Counted from the first letter of the stretch, positions 8,809 to 17,789 are shown. The stretch is DNA of 30,900 nt from a virus (IMGVR_UViG_3300037462_000665:1-30900); one strand, 5' to 3'. The notes: generated from the letters alone by a model not told the origin. Numbers and translations are program-made.

Positions 8809-9428
8809 TCCAAGAGGGCGTCATCAAACGCGCCAAAAAGCTCTTGAACGATCAAACATTTCAAATAGGCGTCGCTCAGGGACGATTCAAGGACCAGCCG
8901 ATCAAACAATTCGACAAGGACGCGCGGCTGGCGCTCCACGGTCACAATCGCGTCGCGGCCGTCTTTGCGCCGGACAACAGTCGCTTGGGCAAACTTTCGG
9001 TAATCAGCCTCCCCTGGCCGATGAAAATTCAGACGCTCTTCACCGGCGGCATGCCGGATGGATACCGCAATCGTCTTTTGAAATAGAGAAAACCCGCCCT
9101 CGACGGCAATATCCACATCGTAAAGCTTATTGATCGCCGCTTCCTTGTGCCGGACTGGAATGAGCGGCAGCAATTCCGCCGCGCGGTCGGCGTCGCTCAT
9201 TTCCACGGGAGCGGTCAGATCATAGCCCTCCAGCGCCATAATCAGGCGATCATAGAGCATGATCGCGCCGCCAAGACCGTCATTCAGATTCTCGCGCGAG
9301 CCGTCAGGCAGGGTCTTGATCCGGGCCGCTGTCACGCGTTCCAGAGCCTCGACCTCCGGCAACGTCGCTTGTCGAAAGTGGTGCAGGGATTTCCCGACGT
9401 GAATCGCGCGTCTTTGTTCGTTTTGCAT
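8805..9428 (-). CDS. Tail assembly chaperone (gpG-like)
   Basis: Position between tail tube and tape measure genes; ATG 9428 with upstream AGGAG. Confidence 0.7.
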   Translation of the reverse strand: MQNEQRRAIHVGKSLHHFRQATLPEVEALERVTAARIKTLPDGSRENLNDGLGGAIMLYDRLIMALEGYDLTAPVEMSDADRAAELLPLIPVRHKEAAINKLYDVDIAVEGGFSLFQKTIAVSIRHAAGEERLNFHRPGEADYRKFAQATVVRRKDGRDAIVTVERQPRVLVELFDRLVLESSLSDAYLKCLIVQELFGAFDDALLD

Positions 9429-9564
9429 GGGAAACTTTGACTCCTGTAGTGCGCCCGGCGAGCGCATCGGCGAGCGAGCGCCCATCGGGCAAAGTAATTT
9501 TGGTTAGATCGTCGCCGCGCAAAATGGCGGCGCGTTCCAGGGCTGAAAGCTCTTCGGCGGTCAT
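9304..9564 (-). CDS. Small hypothetical protein overlapping the chaperone start
   Basis: GGAG 6 nt before ATG; first 40 aa look protein-like; 125-bp overlap lowers confidence. Confidence 0.4.
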   Translation of the reverse strand: MTAEELSALERAAILRGDDLTKITLPDGRSLADALAGRTTGVKVSHAKRTKTRDSRREIPAPLSTSDVAGGRGSGTRDSGPDQDPA

Positions 9565-9673
9565 TTTTTTCTCCGCAATTCGGACACGGAAAGAGCCAAT
9601 ATCGCCCGTAACGTGTTCATTCCAGGAAAAGCCGGGTCCGAAAGCCTCTCCGTTTTTCGGACATTAAAGGACA

Positions 9674-10735
9674 TTAAACGAGCGTGTCCGCCGCCGTCCG
9701 AATTCGCCAATTGACGTAGTTCTGCCCCTCGGCCTGGAAGGGCATGAGCATCAGGCGGCGGCGCAGCGGCTGCCCGTTTTCGCGCGTCGCCTCAAACGCG
9801 ACGCAGCGCGGATATCCCCACTCGTATTCGTGGTAGTAATCCGTCCCGCTGAAATTGCCGATCTTCGGGCCCCGCGCGCGATAGCGAAATCCGGTGATGT
9901 CGGTATTGTTTCGCATCGCGTCGTATTCCACCGTGTTTTCATCGAGAGCCAGCGTCAAGAGAACTTCGCATTTCCGATCCCCGCGCTGCAATCGCCCCTG
10001 ATAGGCGCCCTTTGAATAATCGCCCGCCACCAGCGCCGGATCGCCCGGCCGCCGATCCGATTCAATCAATTGATTGTTGAGGTTTAGGCTTAGATTGACC
10101 ACGCGGCTGCTCACGTTCAAGAGCGACCCATTGTTGAACTCAAGCAGCACGTCCGGCCCGAAGACGTAGTTCTCCGGCGTCGGCGTCGGCAGCGTCAGGC
10201 TCGGCGAAATCGTTGAAATTTTCGTGTGCCGTCCGGTCCCTGCCATATCCGCCGTGAACCGGGGTGCGTTCCCGCCTTCCTGGGTGATGGAAAAGCCGCC
10301 GACGACCACGCCCGACATTCCCCAATCTTCGCCGCCGACCTTCATATAGATCGTGCTGCCCGGCAGTTGCCGCCCGTCGGCTTTCGTTTGAAGCGTGAAC
10401 TCGTGGTCCCAAACCTCATCCGTCACCACCTCGGTCGTCGTCACCGCGCCGCCCGCCGCCCGCCGCGTCAGGATCGCCGCAATGCCGGTGTTGAGTTCGT
10501 CGGCGATTGACCCCTTGATCAATTCCCAGTACTCATTGCGCACGCGGCGCGCGAACTCATTGCCGTTGCCGAGCTTGCCCTCATCGGTGATCTTGCCAAT
10601 CTTCGGACTCGCAAACCCTTCGCTCGTCGTGACAAATCCCAGCAGATTCGCTGCGGTCGTCACCGGCGTCCCAAATGGACTTTCAATCGTTTTGGAAATC
10701 GCCATCTCAACATCCAGCGCGCTAAACTCAGCCAT
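9674..10735 (-). CDS. Major tail tube protein
   Basis: 353 aa, beta-rich, E..FGT near N-terminus and HEFT motif; position after tail terminator; GAGG RBS. Confidence 0.8.
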   Translation of the reverse strand: MAEFSALDVEMAISKTIESPFGTPVTTAANLLGFVTTSEGFASPKIGKITDEGKLGNGNEFARRVRNEYWELIKGSIADELNTGIAAILTRRAAGGAVTTTEVVTDEVWDHEFTLQTKADGRQLPGSTIYMKVGGEDWGMSGVVVGGFSITQEGGNAPRFTADMAGTGRHTKISTISPSLTLPTPTPENYVFGPDVLLEFNNGSLLNVSSRVVNLSLNLNNQLIESDRRPGDPALVAGDYSKGAYQGRLQRGDRKCEVLLTLALDENTVEYDAMRNNTDITGFRYRARGPKIGNFSGTDYYHEYEWGYPRCVAFEATRENGQPLRRRLMLMPFQAEGQNYVNWRIRTAADTLV

Positions 10736-10748
10736 TCTCGCCTCTCTC

Positions 10749-11219
10749 TCAAAATTCCAGTGTTGTGACCGTCACGGCGCCGCGCGCGGCATGCGCCAGT
10801 TGCATGCCGAATTGCGTGACGCCCAATTTCCCGAACGTGAGGGTTGAAACCTCGCGCAGCGAATTGTCGCTCACGCCCAAACGCACATCGGCGTTGACGG
10901 CGCGCGCCACCGCCATGCACTCCTCATTCCAGGTGCGCGCACTGTTCGCCTGCGCCGTGCCGCTTTCGTAAAAGCGAAATCCCTGAATCACGAACCGCAG
11001 CCGATATTCGCGCCGATTGGCGATCCGCCCGATTTCGGGAATCCCCTCCAACTCGACCATCCAGCAGTGAATGCGGCTCGCGTCGGCGGGCGAGCGCAGC
11101 AGCGCGCCCCATTGCTCCTCCTCGACCGCTTGAATCCAACGCTCGGATACAAGCGCGGTCGGCGCCGCCGTGCGGATGATTGCCGCCAAACGTTCGCGGA
11201 TTTCAAATTCGTTAATCAT
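10749..11219 (-). CDS. Putative tail terminator protein
   Basis: Size, position, N-terminal EIRERLAAII helix followed by strands. Confidence 0.6.
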   Translation of the reverse strand: MINEFEIRERLAAIIRTAAPTALVSERWIQAVEEEQWGALLRSPADASRIHCWMVELEGIPEIGRIANRREYRLRFVIQGFRFYESGTAQANSARTWNEECMAVARAVNADVRLGVSDNSLREVSTLTFGKLGVTQFGMQLAHAARGAVTVTTLEF

Positions 11220-11704
11220 AGCGTCTTTGAGACCAATTGAATCGCCCGCCGCATTGCAGGCAAGACAAAGTCCGTCGCCGGTTTGATGAATGGGCGCGTC
11301 GGTTCCAGGATGAGCGCGTAATCCGTCAGCGGAATGATCTGCGTCAGTCCGCCCTCTCGCTCCTCGATTTGGCTGATGGTCGCGGCCAGGTTCGCGCTGT
11401 CTCGCGCCGGAGCTTCGCCCGGCGCCGACGCTCGATGAAAAGTGTAGCCGACAACGAAACGCCGTCCGCCCTTCTTGTCCTTGAGGCGTGAGCGCCGCAG
11501 CCCCAACTCGGCCGCCGCCGCTTCCGCGCGCTTGCCTTGCGCCTTGATGGATCGGCGGCGATACGTGCGACCGCTCTTCGGGCCGCTCATCGCGTCAATC
11601 ATGTGCGCCGCGATGTCCTGCGCGCCTTTGCGCACAATCCTCACCAGGATCGGCTTGAATCGCTCCATTTTGCGCGCCGTATTGTTGATGATCGTGACTT
11701 GCAT
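11216..11704 (-). CDS. HK97 gp10-like neck/tail completion protein
   Basis: Basic protein with SGRTY, HRASAPGEAPA.D..NL, Y...LE..RPF..PA motifs; TGATG overlap. Confidence 0.75.
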   Translation of the reverse strand: MQVTIINNTARKMERFKPILVRIVRKGAQDIAAHMIDAMSGPKSGRTYRRRSIKAQGKRAEAAAAELGLRRSRLKDKKGGRRFVVGYTFHRASAPGEAPARDSANLAATISQIEEREGGLTQIIPLTDYALILEPTRPFIKPATDFVLPAMRRAIQLVSKTL

Positions 11705-12057
11705 CAGGGGATCGCCTCGACAGGGTGGAGCGTCAGCCGCCAAACTTTTCCGTCGTCAACGGAGCGGATTGACTCTTTGATTTGGTATCGCCAGCCGCTC
11801 ATTGCCACATGGGTCGCGGTTTCGATCTGGGTCGCGGTGGCCGCCAACCCTTCAATCAATTCCAGCGTGAATTTTGAATCGTCGGCGAACGCTTCCAACG
11901 ATTTCGGGTTCGACACCACGAAATGCGTTCCGGGAGTCACAATCTGCGCATAGCCCGTCGCCAGGTCGTACCGCTCCAGCGCAAACGAGAGCGTTGGATG
12001 CAGCGTCCGCCGCAGCGCCTCAAATCCATTCGCCAATGCCTGTCCGTATGCGCTCAC
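11704..12057 (-). CDS. Putative head closure protein
   Basis: Size and position; C-terminal G.RYQI......W.L.L pattern. Confidence 0.55.
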   Translation of the reverse strand: MSAYGQALANGFEALRRTLHPTLSFALERYDLATGYAQIVTPGTHFVVSNPKSLEAFADDSKFTLELIEGLAATATQIETATHVAMSGWRYQIKESIRSVDDGKVWRLTLHPVEAIP

Positions 12058-12632
12058 AGAAATCTCCGTCCGTAGCCCGGCGTAAATTCATCGCTCAGTA
12101 TCAATCCGCTGCCGATTCCGTCGCCGAAGAAATCGCGCCCGTCCCATTCGGCTGATTGCTCGCGAAAGCGCGCCGCCTGGTCCAAAATTTGTTTGTGCGG
12201 CTGACTCAATTTCAGCGACTTGTCGCCCGCCGAAAGATCAAACTGGGACATCACGGTGGCCGCCTGCGCTTCCAGTGCGTCCGCCGCCGCCGCCGCCAAA
12301 TCAAACAATTTGCCAATTAAAACGACGGTCGCGCCGCTGGCCAGCGAGGCGACAATCCACTCGCCGCGTTCCGGGAAAGATTCGGCGACTGAAAGCGCGG
12401 CGCCGGCCGTGAAGAGCGCCGCATCCGCCTCCCAGTCACCGCAAGGTGCGCGGAGTGCGACCCTTCCGTCGGGTCGTCGCGTCGCCGTCAGCGTCAGATC
12501 GTCGGTCGTCGCCGACCGGCGATCCAAGAATGCCTCCAACGCCTCGTCCGTCCACGTCGGCGGCGTCGCTACGTCCCCGATCATCGTCCGCAGTTTCGCA
12601 ATCAGGGTTGTCATCGTCGCTCGCGTCGCCAT
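12054..12632 (-). CDS. Putative head-tail adaptor
   Basis: LRTMIGD......TDE.L..FL and AAAA.ALEA.A pattern; GGAGG RBS before ATG 12632. Confidence 0.7.
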   Translation of the reverse strand: MATRATMTTLIAKLRTMIGDVATPPTWTDEALEAFLDRRSATTDDLTLTATRRPDGRVALRAPCGDWEADAALFTAGAALSVAESFPERGEWIVASLASGATVVLIGKLFDLAAAAADALEAQAATVMSQFDLSAGDKSLKLSQPHKQILDQAARFREQSAEWDGRDFFGDGIGSGLILSDEFTPGYGRRFL

Positions 12633-12783
12633 CGCATTCCTCCGGCGCCGGCAATCCCTGCGCCGCAAACCAGGCGGCGATTTCGTCGCCAGTGGCGTCG
12701 CGCCAGCCCTCGCGTTTCAGTTGCCCGATGGAATGTTCCGAGACGGCCGTCGTCCGGCCGTCGGAACTGGTCATAATCGCCAT
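12436..12783 (-). CDS. Small post-capsid hypothetical protein
   Basis: ATG 2 nt after the capsid stop, fills a 150-bp gap; GWR.AT..EI motif; tail overlaps the next gene by 197 bp. Confidence 0.5.
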   Translation of the reverse strand: MAIMTSSDGRTTAVSEHSIGQLKREGWRDATGDEIAAWFAAQGLPAPEECDGDASDDDNPDCETADDDRGRSDAADVDGRGVGGILGSPVGDDRRSDADGDATTRRKGRTPRTLR

Positions 12784-12785
12784 AG

Positions 12786-13979
12786 TTAGGTATTGAGCAC
12801 CACCGCCGCCCCGTTGCGCAGGCGGGAAAATCCATAGAGGCAGTCAAACCCGATGCGGTGGCCGCGCGCGGTGATGTCATAAGTGTGCAGAACGCGAATT
12901 GTCAGCCCGCTCTGAACGTCCAGCATGTCCATCGCCGTCGTGCCGTTGCCGGTCTCAATGGGCAGGTAGGGCCGCATCACCAAAATCATCGCCTCCGGCC
13001 CGACCGCCAATCCGATGTTGCAGGGCGTCGTCGTGATGGTGGACGCGCCGCCCGTCAAACCGACATTCGTCGCCGTGACATCCAAATTGCTGCCGGCCAG
13101 CACGCCAATCGGCCGCACCGTGTACGGGCCGCCATTCGCCCCCGTCACCGAGATATTGCCCGTTCCAACGCCCGTCAGAGCCGCCAGCGTCGTTTGAATT
13201 GACGCCGCCGTGAGTGAAGCTGAATAGGTGATGTTCCCGCTGGTCACGGGGACAATGACATCTTTTGAATCAAGCGAGGGAATCGTGATCGTGAACGTCC
13301 CGCCCGTCGCGTCAATTGCGAAACGCGCACCGCGCGGCGTCAGTTGCGAGGGGAACAGCATGAATCCGTCGAGCATCCCAATTGCGCCCTGGCTCACCGC
13401 CTCCGGCCGGGAATTGGCAAAATAGTTTGAGAGGTTGGAATCGTTTTTGAGCGCCTCTTCATCCGCGGTCGGCATTACGATGGCGCGCCCGGCGCGCGGA
13501 ATCCGGTTGTCGGTCAACTTGCGTCCCGCCGCCCGGATGGTCGTGGCCGTCAACGCCGTCCCAAACGTCCCGACGCTTGCCGGATATCCGGTGTAAAGCG
13601 AAAACAAATCGCTCTCGATTTGCTCGGCAATCGCCATGACCGCCGAGTTCACATATCTCTCCATCAATTCGGTTTGGCTCTGAGCCCGCGCAATATCATC
13701 AATGATGAAATCAACTGAGCGCGCTTCCTTGATCTCGACGCGCACTTTCGAGCCGCCCGCAGGGTCCTGCGGCGTCGCATTCCCGTTTGTGCGCTGCGCC
13801 TTAAATGTGCCGGGATAGCCAATCGTCAGGGCCTCACCGACCTTACTCGGCGTGAAATCGGTGTCCTTGGAGGCCAACCGCGCCAGCGTGATATTCGCGC
13901 GCAGCACGTCCAGGGCGATATTGCCCCAAATTTCGGGCATGAATCCCGATGCTCTTGCAATCGTATTGTTAATGGCCAT
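12786..13979 (-). CDS. Major capsid protein (P22 coat-like) with internal Thr/Gly-rich insertion
   Basis: FMPEIW, GE.LTI..P, L....IP..GR, G.IG.L.GF..F.S and D.LYG...LR motifs; follows the scaffold gene. Confidence 0.88.
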   Translation of the reverse strand: MAINNTIARASGFMPEIWGNIALDVLRANITLARLASKDTDFTPSKVGEALTIGYPGTFKAQRTNGNATPQDPAGGSKVRVEIKEARSVDFIIDDIARAQSQTELMERYVNSAVMAIAEQIESDLFSLYTGYPASVGTFGTALTATTIRAAGRKLTDNRIPRAGRAIVMPTADEEALKNDSNLSNYFANSRPEAVSQGAIGMLDGFMLFPSQLTPRGARFAIDATGGTFTITIPSLDSKDVIVPVTSGNITYSASLTAASIQTTLAALTGVGTGNISVTGANGGPYTVRPIGVLAGSNLDVTATNVGLTGGASTITTTPCNIGLAVGPEAMILVMRPYLPIETGNGTTAMDMLDVQSGLTIRVLHTYDITARGHRIGFDCLYGFSRLRNGAAVVLNT

Positions 13980-13985
13980 CTGAAA

Positions 13986-14552
13986 CTATCCTTTGACGAT
14001 CTTGCCTTCGCGGACGGCTTTCAAAATCGCTTCTCGGTTCTTGTTGAAAAATTCCCGATCCCGGATTTGGGATTGGGTAAAAACGCCCGCCTGCTCCGGC
14101 GAACGGCCAGCATTGACGCCGACCGTCACGCCGCTCTTCTGGGATTTCAATTGCGGGAATTTGTCGAGCAACGCTTTGATCGCCTCTTCCTCATCCCCGG
14201 CTTTCACGTTGGTCAGGTGAGGCGCGACCAAATCAGGTTCGACGCCGAACCGCAGCGCAACGGCCTGCACCCGCGCCACCCGCGCTTCGCGTTCGGCTTT
14301 TTCGACGCGCTCTTTAAGCTTGTCCGCCTCGGTGAGCTTTGCCTGCCGTTCCGCTTCGGCGGCCGTCTCGTATTCGCGGAGTTTCTTTTGCGCCGCTTCC
14401 AGTTCGGCTTTGATCGCCGCCGCCGGATCGGGCGTCGTGGCGGATTGCTCGGTTTGAGCGGTTTGAGTTTGCGTCCCCTGCGCGCCCGCCGTTTGCTCGG
14501 TCGTGGCGCCGGGAGTTTCGGTTTGCGACTGGGTGTTGGTTGCGTCAGGCAT
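13986..14552 (-). CDS. Capsid scaffolding protein
   Basis: Thr/Gln-rich disordered N-terminus, coiled coil (LTEADKLKERVEKAE), P.L motif, immediately before capsid. Confidence 0.8.
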   Translation of the reverse strand: MPDATNTQSQTETPGATTEQTAGAQGTQTQTAQTEQSATTPDPAAAIKAELEAAQKKLREYETAAEAERQAKLTEADKLKERVEKAEREARVARVQAVALRFGVEPDLVAPHLTNVKAGDEEEAIKALLDKFPQLKSQKSGVTVGVNAGRSPEQAGVFTQSQIRDREFFNKNREAILKAVREGKIVKG

Positions 14553-14618
14553 GGCCCGAAATTACCGAGCGCAGGCGCGCCAAACAACCCCGAATTGTCG
14601 GTTTTGTCGCTTTTGCCG
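14553..14618 (-). promoter_or_regulatory. Putative activator-dependent late promoter 2 (leaderless)
   Basis: 34-bp motif shared with 21541-21574; TTGTTT-17 bp-TAATTT-6 bp-ATG; follows a terminator; no SD. Confidence 0.7.
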
Positions 14619-14635
14619 TTTTTCCATAAGCGCGG

Positions 14636-14670
14636 GAAAAAAGAAAAAGCCGGTGTTTCCACACCGGCTT
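14636..14670 (-). terminator. Intrinsic terminator
   Basis: Minus strand AAGCCGGTGT-GGAA-ACACCGGCTT followed by TTTCTTTTTT. Confidence 0.85.
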
Positions 14671-14697
14671 CAACGGAACAATTCAGCAGCGGGCAAG

Positions 14698-14844
14698 CTA
14701 TCGTATTTGTTCACCGCCATCTTGCAACTTGTCGGCGCGCCGCGCAAGTTCAGCGTCGAGAGCGGCCAGCGACTCTTCAAAAGTCATGCCGTCCGGCTCA
14801 GTCTCAGGCTCACGATCATCAAGTATTTTCGGATGAAACTGCAT
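14698..14844 (-). CDS. 48-aa acidic protein, candidate immunity partner of the MuF extension (absent from ORF track)
   Basis: AAGGAG 7 nt before ATG; MQFHPKILDDREPETEPDGMTFEESLAALDAELARRADKLQDGGEQIR; overlaps the MuF 3' end and precedes the terminator. Confidence 0.65.
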   Translation of the reverse strand: MQFHPKILDDREPETEPDGMTFEESLAALDAELARRADKLQDGGEQIR

Positions 14845-16414
14845 TTCGGCTCTCCTTTACATATATGATGCGCGCCTCGCCGCGCGCTCGCAAGAGGGGG
14901 ATCAGCGATTCCCATGCACGATCCGCCCACTCGCCGCCCATCGTCCGCGCGGCGGCGAACACATTCTGAATCAAACTCCACAGCCAATTTTCGCGCGGCG
15001 ACGGCCAGGCGCGCCGACTGATTCCATCTCGCCCAATCACAGTTTCAGCCCGCATTGAAAAACGGAACTCAGGCGTGACGACAATTATTTGCGCGAGGTT
15101 ATGCCATGCGGCGAATCGTAGATCGGCCGCAGAAAAGCTTTGCCCTGATGGATGATTGTGAATCAGCGTCGCCCCGCGCAAATTTTTCAAATCGTCATCC
15201 GACCAAAATATTGCGCGCGCCTCGCCGCGCTTGCGCAAAACGACCCGATTTTCAGAATCAACGATGAAACCCGCTTCATACGGTCGCCCGGCAATCGCGC
15301 GTTCGAGTCGTTCCGCAACCGAACCCAATTCGCGGCGATTCCCGCGATAGTAAAATTCGGCGAGATTGTCGCCCAACACTGATTTCAGGCTCGCCGTCGT
15401 CCACTGCCGCCCATAGGCGGTCTGACGCTGCACGCCCAAATCTCCGACCAGGGCCAGATCGCCCGCCTGATACGCCGCCAAGCCCGCGTTGCCCAAAATC
15501 TGCTTTTGCCGCGGTTCAGACAGCCGCGAAAAATCCGCCTCGCCGTCCTGCGGCAATCGCGTATCGGGAATCTGCGCGGCGGCGATGTCGGCGTCCGACA
15601 CGCCCGCGTCGCGCAGAATGTCCTCCCAGGATTCGGAAACGGGCTTCATGACGCATCGGCAATTGGGATGCGAATTCATCGCCCCCGTGAATCGGCGCCC
15701 ATGGTTGCCCCAGCACACCGGGCAGGTCGCCGCGCCGCGATTGCTGGACCATTCCCATTCACGAACGCCCGACGACTCCATCGCCGCCCATGACGCATTG
15801 CGCGCCGCGAACATCACCGCCGCATGCGCCGCCAAATCGGTGCGCCTCACAATTTCCGCATCCTGCGCCGGATCGCCCCCGTCGGCGCGCACCGCCTTCC
15901 GAATGTCGGCCGCGATTTGCTTTGGAGAGCGTTGCAACTGAATCCCGCGCTCGACGGCCATTTCCACCGCCGCCGCGCTGCGAGCGCCCATGTCATTCGC
16001 CAGTTTTTGAAAGGACGCAGTGAGCGGCGAACCGTCGCCGGTCACTCCGACGTACGCCTGCAACCGCTCTTTGAGGAATCTGTCCGGGTCCGCGCCAATG
16101 ACGTATCGCCCCGCCGCCTGCGTCGCCTTCCCCTGCCGCGCTTCGGCGCGTTTCGCCGCAGCACCGGTGAACGCGCGAATTTCCTCGCCCAATTGAGATT
16201 TGAGAGATTCCAACCGTTGGCGTTCGCGCTCCCACGCCGCACGCGGAGATTCGCCCCGCGCCGCAGCGGCCGCGACTTGCCCGGCGATCTCAGTCAATCG
16301 CGCGTCGAGATTCTTTTCCATGCGCCCGTAGGCGGCCAGCAGGCGCGCTCGCTCGTCCTCCCGCCCCGATTGCAACTTTCGCCTAAAATCGCCTGCTGCG
16401 CGGTCAAAATCCAT
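14819..16414 (-). CDS. MuF/SPP1 gp7-like minor head protein with C-terminal JAB/MPN-like domain
   Basis: W.W......TCPVC...HG.......HPNCRC MuF motif; C-terminal E.GFI...IHNHPSGQSFSAAD. Confidence 0.85.
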   Translation of the reverse strand: MDFDRAAGDFRRKLQSGREDERARLLAAYGRMEKNLDARLTEIAGQVAAAAARGESPRAAWERERQRLESLKSQLGEEIRAFTGAAAKRAEARQGKATQAAGRYVIGADPDRFLKERLQAYVGVTGDGSPLTASFQKLANDMGARSAAAVEMAVERGIQLQRSPKQIAADIRKAVRADGGDPAQDAEIVRRTDLAAHAAVMFAARNASWAAMESSGVREWEWSSNRGAATCPVCWGNHGRRFTGAMNSHPNCRCVMKPVSESWEDILRDAGVSDADIAAAQIPDTRLPQDGEADFSRLSEPRQKQILGNAGLAAYQAGDLALVGDLGVQRQTAYGRQWTTASLKSVLGDNLAEFYYRGNRRELGSVAERLERAIAGRPYEAGFIVDSENRVVLRKRGEARAIFWSDDDLKNLRGATLIHNHPSGQSFSAADLRFAAWHNLAQIIVVTPEFRFSMRAETVIGRDGISRRAWPSPRENWLWSLIQNVFAAARTMGGEWADRAWESLIPLLRARGEARIIYVKESRNAVSSENT

Positions 16415-16475
16415 CGCTCGCGTCAATCTCCATTTCGCGCAAAAAATCGCGCCAGAAACGCGCTGGCACGCAAAA

Positions 16476-17789
16476 TCAAACGCTCTCGCCGAAGTTCAAC
16501 GCCTGCATCCGCCGATCTGTGTCGGCGGCGCGCTCCTCGTTCATGCGCGCGAGCTCAGTTTCCCAGTCATATCCCAATTTTTCGGCGAGTGTCCGGCGGC
16601 TCGCGACGCCCATCGCCTGGTGCGTTTGCAGGCGGTTCGTCTGCGCCTCATCATCTCCAGGCAGCGGGTCGGGCCAACTGAGCGTGACAGGCTGGCCGGC
16701 GAATCCGCCCATCTCCAGCAGCGCGCGGCACAGCCGCACGATCATATCTCCGTAGAGCAACCGCTTCGTCGCCGTCCGCTCCAAAAGCGGACCATACAAA
16801 ATCTTCAAAGCCAGCGACGACAACTGGCCCACGTTCTCAACCTTGCCGGTCGCGATCTCAGGCACCTGCGTCACTTCGGACAGGGCTTCGCGCAAATTCT
16901 TCCGATCCTGAAACGCCGCCTGCAATTCGCGGCTCATCTCCAGCATCTCGATTTTCTGTCCCGGCTTGGGCAGGAAGAGCACTTTTCGAGATTCCAAATT
17001 CACGTCAGCCTTGTTGGCCCCTGTAATCACTGGCTTGGGGAATCCGTGAAGCCGAACTTGCCGGTTGATCTGGCTATCCACGCGCCACAGATTTTCTATC
17101 AAGTGCAGCACGTCCGGCGAGAGGTCCGCCCGCCCGTAAAATTCATTCGGGAGTGGCCAATTCTGGCAGTGAAATACGGGCGCGAACGGATAGTTCCAGG
17201 CAATTTCGCGGCGAACGGTCTCCGCGCCCCCGTCGGAGATTGATTCCCTGATGACCCAGCCGGCGCCGGCGCGATCAATCCGCTCGGTGAGCACTGCCGG
17301 CCGCCCGTTTTCCATAATGTTGTGGGTCAGCGTCCATCGCTGGACCAGGCTGTAATCCGTCCCGGACCATTCGGCGTCAACGGACAGCGGGTCGAGCAAG
17401 ATCACGCGCGGCGTTCCGTTCTCCAGTCCGATGCGGAAATAGGCGTCGCCGAACACGCCGCCATTCACGGCGGCATTGAGCAAATCCAGGGCGCGCTGCG
17501 CCGGCGGCCAAATATTTTTCAGGAATTCGTCGCCGGGATCATCTTGCGCTCCACCGACCTGAATCCCGACCCCTTTTCCGAACAGGAACGCCGCGCCCTT
17601 GTCCACAATGTTACGCGCGTAATTGATTTGCCGATTGTCGTCGGGTTCGCCCGGCTCAACGACCAGCGGGCGTTGCCCGATTCCGAGTCGCCATTCGTAA
17701 AATTGCCAAGCGCGCACAATCTCAGTCCGCCGCGCGACTTCAGATTCCGTCTGGTGCCGCTGAAAAAATCCCGACAAAAAACTCACCAT
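16476..17789 (-). CDS. Portal protein (SPP1 gp6-like)
   Basis: INY.R.IVD..A.FLFG, G.FGDAY, YG.ADL, SSLALK, W...LP.D motifs; after terminase. Confidence 0.88.
   Translation of the reverse strand: MVSFLSGFFQRHQTESEVARRTEIVRAWQFYEWRLGIGQRPLVVEPGEPDDNRQINYARNIVDKGAAFLFGKGVGIQVGGAQDDPGDEFLKNIWPPAQRALDLLNAAVNGGVFGDAYFRIGLENGTPRVILLDPLSVDAEWSGTDYSLVQRWTLTHNIMENGRPAVLTERIDRAGAGWVIRESISDGGAETVRREIAWNYPFAPVFHCQNWPLPNEFYGRADLSPDVLHLIENLWRVDSQINRQVRLHGFPKPVITGANKADVNLESRKVLFLPKPGQKIEMLEMSRELQAAFQDRKNLREALSEVTQVPEIATGKVENVGQLSSLALKILYGPLLERTATKRLLYGDMIVRLCRALLEMGGFAGQPVTLSWPDPLPGDDEAQTNRLQTHQAMGVASRRTLAEKLGYDWETELARMNEERAADTDRRMQALNFGESV

Noticed and set aside
8833-8842. CTT TTT GG as the chaperone frameshift site
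   Set aside because: A -1 shift here meets TGA within a few codons, before the T reading frame opens
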